DNA of 64,000 nt from Candidatus Aminicenantales bacterium. Its GTDB lineage: Bacteria; Acidobacteriota; Aminicenantia; Aminicenantales; Saccharicenantaceae. Shown here in pieces: positions 28,239-37,450 of this stretch. The position numbers were made by a program, and so were the translations under genes. The stretch lies in NCBI GenBank assembly GCA_049512315.1, contig JBEKXF010000010.1, forward strand, positions 1 to 64,000. Reading direction: 5' to 3'. How positions within the stretch are numbered: position 1 is the stretch's first letter; each line of letters starts with the position of its first letter. The notes under the pieces are model-generated. The model saw nothing but the letters and a program-made list of their open reading frames with translations. It ran no database searches and had not been told where the DNA came from.

Positions 28239-29683
28239 CTCGGCCTCCCGATCAATTTTCCCTTGCTGACGGCGTAGATGTCGTCGGTCACCATCTGGAA
28301 CGATATCTCCCGCCCCTCGGCCCTGGCCCGCTCGCCGAGCTTCTCCCGGTGATAGGCTAGGATGTCGTTGGTCAGCGGCAGGTTCCCCTTGTGGAAGATG
28401 CGGAGGAAGCCCTCGTTGTCGCGCATGGGCAGCACCTTGCCGAGGTTGTAGATGGAGGGGGCGAAGGGGACGTCGAGGACGCCGGCCTGGAACGCGGCCA
28501 CCGTCCCGGCGGCGATGTCGCCGCCGCCGAGCTCGTAGACCTTGTCCACGAGCGAGCGGACCTCGCGCTTGATGATCTCCACTTCCCTCCGGATCGTCAG
28601 GCTGTCGAACAGGCGCTGGTCGGCGAGCATGCTCACGATCTGGCGAGTGGCCCGGAGCCCCTGGGCGTTGGCCTCCTTGGTCGGGATGCCCATGGCCTCG
28701 TGGGGGCTCTTGACGATGATCTTCTCGGGCCTAGCGAAGGCGGCCACGACGGCCCCCCAGGCGATGACCGAGAAGGCCTTGGCCTCGTCCTCGGGGAAGC
28801 CGCCCATCCACTGATGGAAGACGGTCGTGAATTCGTAGTCCTCGAAAGCGGCCCGCCGGAAATATTCCTCGGCGAGCTCGTTGAGGGACGTGACGGCGGC
28901 GATATCCTGGAGGATGTTCCCGGCCTGACCGTACCCGAGGGTGATGGACTTGACGCCCTGCTCGAGGGCCAGCAGCCCTTCGATGATGCCGATCGCATGG
29001 CTGATGAACGGCGGGACCAGGGTCCCGGTCAGGGGCCCGAACGGCTCCCGGTTGATCCGGACGCCCTGCTCTTCGTAGAGGCCGACCAGGCGGTCCACGT
29101 ACTGCCAGTCCTTGATCGACTTCTCGAGCGGCACTTTCTTGGCGTAGGGGATGTTGTAGGAGATCCCGCCGCCCTCGAAGCTCGTGAAGCCCGCGGCCAG
29201 GGTAATCTCCGCAAGGAGTCTCGCGTCCGGCGTCCCGTGGCGGACCTGGATGGGGCTGACGACGCTGTCGACGACACGCCGGCAGCCGTCCAGCCCGTGG
29301 TTGACGGCCGGGAAGCCGTTGAGGAGCGAGGTCCCGGCGCCCTGGGACTTTTCGATCCCCTTCTGGGCTTCTTCATACCGGTTCTGCCGCGTGTAGGCGT
29401 CGATCGTCGTCGGCAGGAGGTCGGCCTCTCCCTCGGTCTCGAGATAGCGGAGGAGCTTGATGTGCTCGTCGACGAGGGCCACCCCGGCCCGCGGCTGGAG
29501 GAGGATGAGGCCCTTCTCCCGGGCGTTCTTCATGACCGCGGAGAACCTCTTCTCCTCGGGGACCGTCCGGTGATAGCGGACGCCGTCTTCGATCCTCACT
29601 CCCCGGCCCGTCGGCCAGGTCGCGAGCACCTCGCTCCGGATGGCGTCGAATTCCTGGGGTTGAACCTTGGCATTCTTGATCAT
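28235..29683 (-). CDS. glmE: Glutamate mutase epsilon (large) subunit
   Basis: [54 protein letters not shown]. Confidence 0.95.
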   Translation of the reverse strand: MIKNAKVQPQEFDAIRSEVLATWPTGRGVRIEDGVRYHRTVPEEKRFSAVMKNAREKGLILLQPRAGVALVDEHIKLLRYLETEGEADLLPTTIDAYTRQNRYEEAQKGIEKSQGAGTSLLNGFPAVNHGLDGCRRVVDSVVSPIQVRHGTPDARLLAEITLAAGFTSFEGGGISYNIPYAKKVPLEKSIKDWQYVDRLVGLYEEQGVRINREPFGPLTGTLVPPFISHAIGIIEGLLALEQGVKSITLGYGQAGNILQDIAAVTSLNELAEEYFRRAAFEDYEFTTVFHQWMGGFPEDEAKAFSVIAWGAVVAAFARPEKIIVKSPHEAMGIPTKEANAQGLRATRQIVSMLADQRLFDSLTIRREVEIIKREVRSLVDKVYELGGGDIAAGTVAAFQAGVLDVPFAPSIYNLGKVLPMRDNEGFLRIFHKGNLPLTNDILAYHREKLGERARAEGREISFQMVTDDIYAVSKGKLIGRPR

Positions 29684-29687
29684 CTCG

Positions 29688-31100
29688 TTATCCTTTGTTC
29701 GGCAATTCCGTCAGTCTGGAAAGGGCCAGGGCCACCGCCTCGACGGGATGGTCCTCGGCCAGGTTCCCGACGAGCGGGAAAAGCGTCCCGCCGTCCGCGT
29801 AGAAAACGGGCGCTGCGGGGGCGAGCTTCAGCTCTTCCCCCCGCGAGGCCAAGCGTCTGAGCGGCGCCCGCATGACCGTGCTCTCCCGGCACCGCGAGAG
29901 ATAGCCCCCGCTGCCGATGACGGCCTTGACCCGCCGGAGATCCTTGCCTGTCTGGACGAAGACCTTGCCCTGGGGCGTATAGGCTTCGCGCCAGACGCCG
30001 ATGTGACGGAGGGCCGCGTGAAACACGCAGGCCTCGGCCAGGATCCGGTCGAGCGTCTTCTCAGTCTCCCCCGTCGGGAGATAGCCGGTGTCGGCGGAGA
30101 CCTTGGCCACGAAGCTCTCCATGGCCGGCTCCTGAAGCCCGGCCCGGCCGAGCCCTTCCAGGATGTCCTCCCGCGCGGAGTCCCAGAGTGTCCGGGCCGA
30201 CACGCGGAGGCCAAGGTCGCCCTCGACGGTGCGCTTGACCCTGGGCTCGCGGACCCCCTTGAGAACAACCGTGTCCGTTTCCAGGAAGGATTCCGTATTG
30301 GAATAGACGTCTGTCGTGGCGCCGCCCATGTCGATGACGCAGATGTCGTCCCAGTCCGGCCGGACGAGCGGGATGGCCGCGACGAGCTCGTAGACGCCGA
30401 GAGGCGTCGGCTTGGGCCGCGTGCCCAGGGCGTGAACGATATCGGCCAGCCCGCGACCGGCGACGATCCGGTCGAGAAAAATGTCGCGGATCTTTTCCCG
30501 GACCGGTTCGAGGTTCATCTGGCCGATCTCCGGCATGAGGTTTTCCGCCACGAAGACGCTCTTCCTCCTCAGGATCTTCGCGACCCGGGCGGCGGCGGCC
30601 CGGTTCCCGGCAAAAATGACCGGCGTCTCGACCTCCGAGGCCGCCAGGCGCTTCGCGTTCTCGAGGAGGTAGGCGGTGTTCCCGCCGTCCGTCCCGCCGG
30701 CGAGAAGGATGATATCGGGCGGGGCGGACTCGAGGTCGGTGACATCCTCTTCGGTCAGCGAGAATGAGAAGGCCTTGACGACTTTCCCTCCGGCGGACAT
30801 GGCCGCGAGCTTCGCCAGATGGAGGGTCAGGTCGGGGACGAGACCGATGGCGGCGATGGCCAGGCCGCCCTTGGCCGAGGACGAGAAATAGACCGGGACA
30901 TCGCCCGGCACTTCGCCGAGCGTCGTCCCCGGCGGGAGTCCGAGGAGCGCTGTTAGGACCCGGAGAAATCCGTTCGCCAGGCCGTCCTGGGTGGTCGGGG
31001 TCTCCCGCATCTCGAGCACGGCGGACGCCGGGCCGTCGAGGGCGAAGAGCGCCCCCTTCGTCCAGGTGGAGCCGATATCGATGCTGACGGCTTTTCTCAT
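29688..31100 (-). CDS. glmL: Glutamate mutase accessory/reactivating protein GlmL (MutL)
   Basis: [42 protein letters not shown]. Confidence 0.92.
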   Translation of the reverse strand: MRKAVSIDIGSTWTKGALFALDGPASAVLEMRETPTTQDGLANGFLRVLTALLGLPPGTTLGEVPGDVPVYFSSSAKGGLAIAAIGLVPDLTLHLAKLAAMSAGGKVVKAFSFSLTEEDVTDLESAPPDIILLAGGTDGGNTAYLLENAKRLAASEVETPVIFAGNRAAAARVAKILRRKSVFVAENLMPEIGQMNLEPVREKIRDIFLDRIVAGRGLADIVHALGTRPKPTPLGVYELVAAIPLVRPDWDDICVIDMGGATTDVYSNTESFLETDTVVLKGVREPRVKRTVEGDLGLRVSARTLWDSAREDILEGLGRAGLQEPAMESFVAKVSADTGYLPTGETEKTLDRILAEACVFHAALRHIGVWREAYTPQGKVFVQTGKDLRRVKAVIGSGGYLSRCRESTVMRAPLRRLASRGEELKLAPAAPVFYADGGTLFPLVGNLAEDHPVEAVALALSRLTELPNKG

Positions 31101-31131
31101 GATCGAACCGCCCTCCGGCGACGCTTGGGCC

Positions 31132-31572
31132 TCATCCCTCCCCGAAGCTCGTCCGGATATCCTGGCGCAGCAGCCCGGCGGCCTGCTTGAGGTCGGAATC
31201 GGCGGAAAAGACACGGTCGAACCCCATGTTGCGGTATTTCGCCTCGACCTCGGCAAAGGGGGTTTTTCCGACGACCAGGTTCCCCCCGGCATATAGGATG
31301 ATCTTGTCCAGCCCCTTTTCGACACAGAGGTCGCGTAGGCCCTGGCAGTCGATCTCCCCGTGCCCGTAGAGCGACGAGATCAGGATGGCCCTGGCGTCGG
31401 TCTCGATGGCCGCGTCGATGAACTCGAGCGGGGAGACCATGACCCCGAGGTTCACGACGCGGAATCCCTCGCCGGTGAAGAAGACTTCCAGGATCCTGTT
31501 GCCGACCGAGTGACAGTCGGCGCCTATGACTCCGAGGACGACGGTCGGGCCGGACATGTTCGTCTTCCCCAT
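31132..31572 (-). CDS. glmS: Glutamate mutase sigma (B12-binding) subunit
   Basis: GADCHSVGN (DxHxxG), SSLYGHG, GGNLVVG; start could alternatively be 31557. Confidence 0.93.
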   Translation of the reverse strand: MGKTNMSGPTVVLGVIGADCHSVGNRILEVFFTGEGFRVVNLGVMVSPLEFIDAAIETDARAILISSLYGHGEIDCQGLRDLCVEKGLDKIILYAGGNLVVGKTPFAEVEAKYRNMGFDRVFSADSDLKQAAGLLRQDIRTSFGEG

Positions 31573-32561
31573 CACCGGTTGAGGAGCTGGCCGATGCGCT
31601 CGTCCACGTGCAGGAGCGAGCCGCGCTCGATCTGATAGTCGAAGGGGATGACCTTGCCGCCCCGCTCGGTGAACGCCTGGACGGCCGAGACGTTCTCCCG
31701 ACGCCTCTGGAGGAGGTGTCCGGGCGGCACGAAAACGACGTCCAGGCTTTCCAGGAACCGGGGGAGCTTCTCTTCGTCGCGGATGAAGAGATGGGCCACA
31801 GGGCCGGAGGCGAGGTCGAGGTCCTTGAGCCTCTCGGTCACGATCCGGAGGAAATATTCGCTCTGGCAGACGACTCCCAGGCGCTGGCCGCGGCCGAGCC
31901 CGGCCATCTCGATGATCGTTTCCTGGCTCGGGGACACGGCCACCTGAAGGATCCTGGACTGGAGGTTGGGCAGCCTGCCCAGGAGCTCGGAGTAGTGGTT
32001 GGTCGTCGTCAGGATAAGGTCGAAATCCTTCAGCCGCTCTTCCGGTTTGGGGTCGGCCGCCAGCTCGTCGAGGAGCATGGGCGTCACCTTGATCCGGGAC
32101 AGGAACCCGAGCTGCCTTTCGAAGATGGCCAGGGCCTCAGGGACGTCATCGACGGCGGCCACGTGAAAATTCTCCAGGCGCTCCTCGCGCTCCATGATCT
32201 TAAGGTCAACGATGGTCTGGACCTCCCGATAAGAGAATTTCATGTTCTTGAGCTCGTCGAGAAGGCGGTCGATGAGGGCCACCGCGCGCTCTTTCCGGCC
32301 TGCCGGGAAAACGTCCTGGCGCGACGAGACGAAACTGCCGCGGCCCTGCACCGCCTCGATGATCTTGTCGCGGGACAGGGCCTCGTAGGCCCTCTTGATC
32401 GTCCCCCGGGCGATCTTGAGCTCGGCCGCGAGGTCCCTTTCGGCCGGAAGCTTGTCGCCCGGTTTGAGCTCGCCGCTCCGGATGAGAGACGTGACCTGCT
32501 GGATGATTTGCCTGTAGGCGGGAGCTTGGCTTTGCTTGTCGATGCTGATTTTGGTTGACAT
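31572..32561 (-). CDS. GntR family transcriptional regulator with long C-terminal effector domain
   Basis: PAYRQI..GELKPGDKLPAERDLA..RGTIKRAY..QGRGSFV. Confidence 0.92.
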   Translation of the reverse strand: MSTKISIDKQSQAPAYRQIIQQVTSLIRSGELKPGDKLPAERDLAAELKIARGTIKRAYEALSRDKIIEAVQGRGSFVSSRQDVFPAGRKERAVALIDRLLDELKNMKFSYREVQTIVDLKIMEREERLENFHVAAVDDVPEALAIFERQLGFLSRIKVTPMLLDELAADPKPEERLKDFDLILTTTNHYSELLGRLPNLQSRILQVAVSPSQETIIEMAGLGRGQRLGVVCQSEYFLRIVTERLKDLDLASGPVAHLFIRDEEKLPRFLESLDVVFVPPGHLLQRRRENVSAVQAFTERGGKVIPFDYQIERGSLLHVDERIGQLLNR

Positions 32562-32579
32562 GGTCCATTCGCTCCTTTA

Positions 32580-32652
32580 TGGTCTAGTCCATTATAGACC
32601 AATAAAAATCAGATTGCAAGTGGTATATATTTTCGTGTACAATGGACTATCT
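32580..32652. promoter_or_regulatory. Divergent promoter region with putative GntR operators
   Basis: TGGTCTA-N8-TAGACCA (32580-32601); TAGTCCATT(32585-32593) recurs inverted as AATGGACTA(32641-32649). Confidence 0.6.
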
Positions 32653-32675
32653 ATAAGGCAAGGGAGACTCAAGCC

Positions 32676-35600
32676 GTGACGCGCGCTGAATCAAAAAAGT
32701 CCGGTCCCCCCGTCCGCGGACTGAAAACCCTCCTCAGGGAGTGGTCCACTCGGGATTCCGGCGGGAGGCCGCTCGGGACGGTCGCCGCCGATCTCGTGGC
32801 CGCGGCCCAGGCCGCTTCCTCCCCGGGAAAGGCCCGCCCCATCGGCCGCGAGCTGGCCCGCGAGTTCCTGAACACGACCGGCGACCCCCGCTTTCTCCGG
32901 GTCCTCGGCGAAGGCCTGCCGGAGCGCTGGGCCGAGGCCGCTTTCCGTCTTATCCAGGCCTCAGGCTACTCGCTGAACGTCCTCTTCTCGAGCCGGGTCA
33001 GGGAGATCCCGCGGCGGGTCCTCTTCCAGGACATGTCCAGGCCCCTTCCCTCTCAGTGGACGTACGAGGAAGCGGACCGCCACGTCCGGGAGATCGCCGG
33101 CGCTTTTTATTCCCTGGCCGCGGCTGACGGGGTTCGGCCTCGCGTGGCCATCTTTTCCGAGAACCACTTCGAGACTGCCTGCGCCGACCTGGCCTGCCTT
33201 TTCTTTGACATCCTGGTCACGCCGCTCAATCCACATTTCCGTCCGGACGACCTGAAATGGATCTTCGACAGGCTGGACATCAATATCGCCGTCACCGACA
33301 CGGCCGAGCGGGCCGCCGCTCTGGCGGAGCTCCGCGGCCGGACCGCCCGGAAATTCCGGATCCTGGTCGTGGAGCCCGGACTAAGGCCGGCCGACGACGG
33401 CACGCTTTTTCTCGGAGAATTCTGCAAGCGCCTGAGCCTCCGCCAGGTCGACGCCATCCTGGCCGGCCGGAAGAGGTTCAAGCTCAATGAGGTCGCCACG
33501 GTCATGTTCACCTCGGGCAGCACGGGGGCGCCGAAGGGCGTTTCCTTTTCCATTTATCAACTCGTCGCCAAGCGGTTCGCCCGGGCGGCCGCCCTGCCCG
33601 CCGTGGGCGAGGACGAGGTCTTCCTGAGCTTCCTGCCGCTCTACCACACCTTCGGCCGCTACTTCGAGATGCTCGGGGCGATCTATTGGCGCGGGACGTA
33701 CGTCTTCGCCGGCAACCCCTCGGCCGAGACCCTGCTCTCCCTTTTTCCCAGGATCAACCCGACGGGTTTCGTCAGCGTCCCCGTCCGCTGGGCCCAGCTG
33801 CACGAGAAATGCCTGGAAAAGCTCGACGGCCTGCCGCCGGACGCCGACCACGCCCAGGCCCTCCGCCCGGTCATCGGGACGAGGCTTCGCTGGGGGCTGT
33901 CCGCGGCCGGCTACCTGGACCCCCGGGTGTTCCATTTCTTCGAACGGAACGGAATCGCGATCTGCAGCGGCTTCGGCATGACCGAAGGCACCGGGGGGAT
34001 CACTATGACCGTCCCGGGCCGCTATGAAGAGAACGCGCACGGGCTTCCTCTTCCCGGGACGCGGGCCCGGCTGGCGGCCGACGGCGAGCTCCAGGTGAGC
34101 GGGCACTACATCGCCCGCTACCTCGAAGACAAGGGCCCGGGGGATATCATTCCTTACCCGAAGAGCCCCAAGACCGACTTCTGGCTGGCCACGGGCGACG
34201 TCTTCCGGGTCCTGCCCAGCGGCAACTATGAGATCGTCGACAGGATCAAGGACATCTACAAGAACAACCGCGGCCAGACGATCGCCCCCCGCAAGGTCGA
34301 GAGCAAGTTTGCCGGCGTCCCCGGGATCAAGCGGACCTTTCTCGTCGGCGACGGCCGGCCGTACAACGTCCTTTTTGTCGTCCCAGATCGCGGGGATGAG
34401 GTCCTCCGGTCGGCCCTCAAGGGGGCCAACGAGCGCAGCTATTTCCGCCGGATCGTCAGCGCCGCCAACATGGACCTCGCTCCCTATGAGCGGGTGATCA
34501 ACTTCGCTGTCCTCGAACGGGACCTCGACCCGGCGAAGGGAGAGCTGACGGTCAAGGGGTCGTTCAACAGGAAAAGGATCGGGGCGAATTTCGCCGGCCC
34601 GATCGAGGAGCTCTACCGGGCGAGCTTCGTCGACCTCGTGGGAAGGGATGTCCGGGTCCGGGTGCCCCTCTGGCTCTACCGCGACCTGGGGATCCTCGAG
34701 GACGAGATCGTGCTCGAGAACGACGGGCTCCACGACGTCAACCGGGACCTGCGCCTTCCGCTCCGGAAAGGCCCCGACGGGACATGGCTCGTCGGCGACC
34801 TGGAGTACGAGGTCACGGGCAGCGTCATCGACCTCGGGGTTTTCGCCCGCCAGCCGTATCTCTGGGTCGGCAACCCGGCCCTCATCCGCTTCTGCCCTTG
34901 CAAGGAAGGCTGGGACGTCCCCGTGGAGCCCGTTTCCGAGAGGGTGAATCTGCCCTGGGAGCGGCGGAAAATCTACGCCCCGGAAGAGCTGCCGAAGCCG
35001 CCGGGGATCAGGGACCCCGGGGTCCTCCGGCTCAACACCCTGTTGTCCCTGGCCCTCTTTTCGGGCCCGGCCGAGGCCGCGGCCGCTCTGGGCGAGGTCG
35101 AGGGGCTTTTCGGCGAATCGGAAAACCTCCGTGTTTCGACGCTCATCCGCCGCCGTCTGGAAGCGCTGGCCAGGCATCCGGAGGAGCGGGTCCGGTGCTG
35201 GGCTTACAGGCTGCTCCTTCTCGACGAGCCCAAACCCGGCTACGGCGAGTCGCTGCCGGCCTTCGTCCAATCGGGTCTGCCGTTCCTCAACGAGGAGAGC
35301 ATCGAGCGCATCGTCTCCTCCAAGCTCGGCCAGGGCCGTTTCGATTCCCTGCGGCAGCGCATGTGCGCTTACCGGGAGAAGCTCGAATGGCCGGCCTCCG
35401 CGCCCATCCGCGGGCAGATCGAGAGGATCCTGCGGCTGTTCGTCGATTTCGCCCGGGTCCACCCGCCTTATCACAGCAGCGTCCGGGCCGAGCTCGCGAG
35501 CTGGGTCCTGCATAAAAGCGACCCGGTCCTCTCGGAGAAAGCCCGGGCCCTCCTCGATGAGCTCAACCGGGATTTCGAGGCCCATGTTTCCGAGGGGGCC

Positions 35601-37325
35601 CCGGCCCTCGGCCGCGAAGACTGGGAGACCCGGATCGTCTTCGAGGACGGCATCGGGCCCGACGAATCCGCCAGTCTTCTCGGGATCTTGACCGACCCCC
35701 TCTTTCTCCGGCAATCCGTCCTCCTCGCCTACGAGCGGGAGCGCTTCAGCCCGGCGGAGATCGCGGCCGGGGGAGTCTGGGTGTCCAGGGTCCCGACCTC
35801 CGCCCGCCGGCCCCACTACCGGGTGAGCGTCAACACCCGGACGGGAAGGCACTTCGACCTCCGTCTCGTTTTCGGGGAGGAGTGGCGGACCCCGGAGGGA
35901 ACGGAAACCATCCTCTGGCTCATCGCCCTGGCCAATTACCCCTACGGCCGGAGGATCCTGCCCCTGCCCGGCGCCTGGCGCCCCGACCTGGGAGCCATGA
36001 CCTGGCGGTATTCGGGCGATCTCACCGTCTGGGAGAAGATCCGCGAACTCTCGAGCCGCAGGGAGAAAGACTTGGGCCCGCCGCCCCCCCAGGTCTGGCG
36101 CAAGCTGTTCATCGACGCCTTCGCCGCCTTCTTCCGGGCCGCCGATTACGGCGGGTTCCAGATCGTCCCGGGGCCCGTCTCACCCTTCAACGTCATCGTT
36201 CCCGAGGACGATTTTGAGGAGGCGGCGGTCATCGCCTCGCTCGAGGGCTGGCGTCCCTACGACGGACCGCTCTCCCTCGTCCGGCCCATGCTCGACAACT
36301 TCTACAGGAAAGCGGCAGCCGGCTATCCCTGGGTCATCAAGTTCCTGGACGTGACCTGGATCTTCGACGCCTGCTTTGAAGCCCTCGGTCACGAGAAGGC
36401 AGGGGCTTTTCTCGACCGTCTCTCTCAGGACTTGGCCGATGAAGCTCTCCCGGGCCCGGAAGTCAAGGACCTCCGGGCCGCGCTCGATTCCTACCTGGAT
36501 TATTTCCGCAAGAATTTCATGGTCCCGATCCCGGCCCTTAACGCGATCAACAAGTACAAGGACTGGGAGATCTCCCGCGCTCTGGCGCCGCCCCAAGCCC
36601 GGGAAGAGAAGATCCTGGAGCTCATCGAGGGATACGGGCTCGGCCGCTATCCGGAAATCGTCCGCTATTACTTCTACCGGCACACGTATTTCGCGGGACT
36701 CGGCGGCCGGGTCTGCACGGCTTTCGACCGCCTTCTCGACCGGATGGGGGAAGACGCCGGGAAACCGGCCGTCCAGCTCCTCGAGCTCTCGGACCTCCAA
36801 GCGGTGCTCAAAGAGGACGAGGACCGGCGAGTCTTCAGCAAAATGGTCTTCCCGGGCCTGCCCAGCAGCCCGTCCCTCGACATCGTGAAGCTCGGCGACG
36901 AGGCCGGCCGGCACGTCGTCGTCCACTCCCGGATCACCGACGCCGAGGGCGGCGCCTACACGTTCAGCGAGACGCTCGACCCGGCGGACATCGGGCAGAT
37001 CTACCGCCTCTTTTTCAAGGAAAATTATCCCAAGGTCATCTCCGAGAAGGACCGCCACTACGTCGTCAAGGACGCGGAGGAGCGGGTCGTCGGCGGCCTG
37101 TGCTACCACGTCATGTACCACAACGTCGTCTTCATCGACGCCGTCGTGGTGTCCTCGCCCCTCAAGGGCCGCGGGATCGGGCGGGCCATGCTGGACGATT
37201 TCTGCGGCCGCATGGCCAGCCACAACGTCACCGTCGTCCTGACCCATTTTTTCCTGCCGGAATTCTTTCTCAAGGCCGGATTCAAAAAGGACAAGCGCTG
37301 GGGTGCCCTCGTCAAGTATCTTTGA
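32676..37325 (+). CDS. Large fusion: long-chain acyl-CoA synthetase-like AMP-binding domain, uncharacterised middle region, C-terminal GNAT
   Basis: MFTSGSTGAPKG, FLPLYH, GFGMTE, LATGD, DRIKD; C-terminal VVVSSPLKGRGIG..FFLKAGF. Confidence 0.8.
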   Translation: MTRAESKKSGPPVRGLKTLLREWSTRDSGGRPLGTVAADLVAAAQAASSPGKARPIGRELAREFLNTTGDPRFLRVLGEGLPERWAEAAFRLIQASGYSLNVLFSSRVREIPRRVLFQDMSRPLPSQWTYEEADRHVREIAGAFYSLAAADGVRPRVAIFSENHFETACADLACLFFDILVTPLNPHFRPDDLKWIFDRLDINIAVTDTAERAAALAELRGRTARKFRILVVEPGLRPADDGTLFLGEFCKRLSLRQVDAILAGRKRFKLNEVATVMFTSGSTGAPKGVSFSIYQLVAKRFARAAALPAVGEDEVFLSFLPLYHTFGRYFEMLGAIYWRGTYVFAGNPSAETLLSLFPRINPTGFVSVPVRWAQLHEKCLEKLDGLPPDADHAQALRPVIGTRLRWGLSAAGYLDPRVFHFFERNGIAICSGFGMTEGTGGITMTVPGRYEENAHGLPLPGTRARLAADGELQVSGHYIARYLEDKGPGDIIPYPKSPKTDFWLATGDVFRVLPSGNYEIVDRIKDIYKNNRGQTIAPRKVESKFAGVPGIKRTFLVGDGRPYNVLFVVPDRGDEVLRSALKGANERSYFRRIVSAANMDLAPYERVINFAVLERDLDPAKGELTVKGSFNRKRIGANFAGPIEELYRASFVDLVGRDVRVRVPLWLYRDLGILEDEIVLENDGLHDVNRDLRLPLRKGPDGTWLVGDLEYEVTGSVIDLGVFARQPYLWVGNPALIRFCPCKEGWDVPVEPVSERVNLPWERRKIYAPEELPKPPGIRDPGVLRLNTLLSLALFSGPAEAAAALGEVEGLFGESENLRVSTLIRRRLEALARHPEERVRCWAYRLLLLDEPKPGYGESLPAFVQSGLPFLNEESIERIVSSKLGQGRFDSLRQRMCAYREKLEWPASAPIRGQIERILRLFVDFARVHPPYHSSVRAELASWVLHKSDPVLSEKARALLDELNRDFEAHVSEGAPALGREDWETRIVFEDGIGPDESASLLGILTDPLFLRQSVLLAYERERFSPAEIAAGGVWVSRVPTSARRPHYRVSVNTRTGRHFDLRLVFGEEWRTPEGTETILWLIALANYPYGRRILPLPGAWRPDLGAMTWRYSGDLTVWEKIRELSSRREKDLGPPPPQVWRKLFIDAFAAFFRAADYGGFQIVPGPVSPFNVIVPEDDFEEAAVIASLEGWRPYDGPLSLVRPMLDNFYRKAAAGYPWVIKFLDVTWIFDACFEALGHEKAGAFLDRLSQDLADEALPGPEVKDLRAALDSYLDYFRKNFMVPIPALNAINKYKDWEISRALAPPQAREEKILELIEGYGLGRYPEIVRYYFYRHTYFAGLGGRVCTAFDRLLDRMGEDAGKPAVQLLELSDLQAVLKEDEDRRVFSKMVFPGLPSSPSLDIVKLGDEAGRHVVVHSRITDAEGGAYTFSETLDPADIGQIYRLFFKENYPKVISEKDRHYVVKDAEERVVGGLCYHVMYHNVVFIDAVVVSSPLKGRGIGRAMLDDFCGRMASHNVTVVLTHFFLPEFFLKAGFKKDKRWGALVKYL

Positions 37326-37338
37326 GGGCGCGTCCCGT

Positions 37339-37367
37339 TTGACATCGGCTTTTTGAAAAGATATACT
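37339..37367 (+). promoter_or_regulatory. sigma70 promoter of pckG
   Basis: TTGACA-17 nt-TATACT. Confidence 0.7.
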
Positions 37368-37450
37368 TCCCTCCTCGATTCTCAGGATAACGCGTTGATA
37401 ATCATGGAGATGGCTGGATCCGGCGACGGGCCCGCGGAGAGACGTGAGGC

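Noticed and set aside
32562..32675. Cobalamin riboswitch ahead of the B12-dependent cluster
   Set aside because: Region is short and AT-rich and lacks recognisable B12-box elements
33381..35852. Long antisense ORFs (also 2352-3800, 10918-12645, 25322-27250, 43706-45670)
   Set aside because: Typical stop-poor shadow frames of high-GC genes with no recognisable motifs
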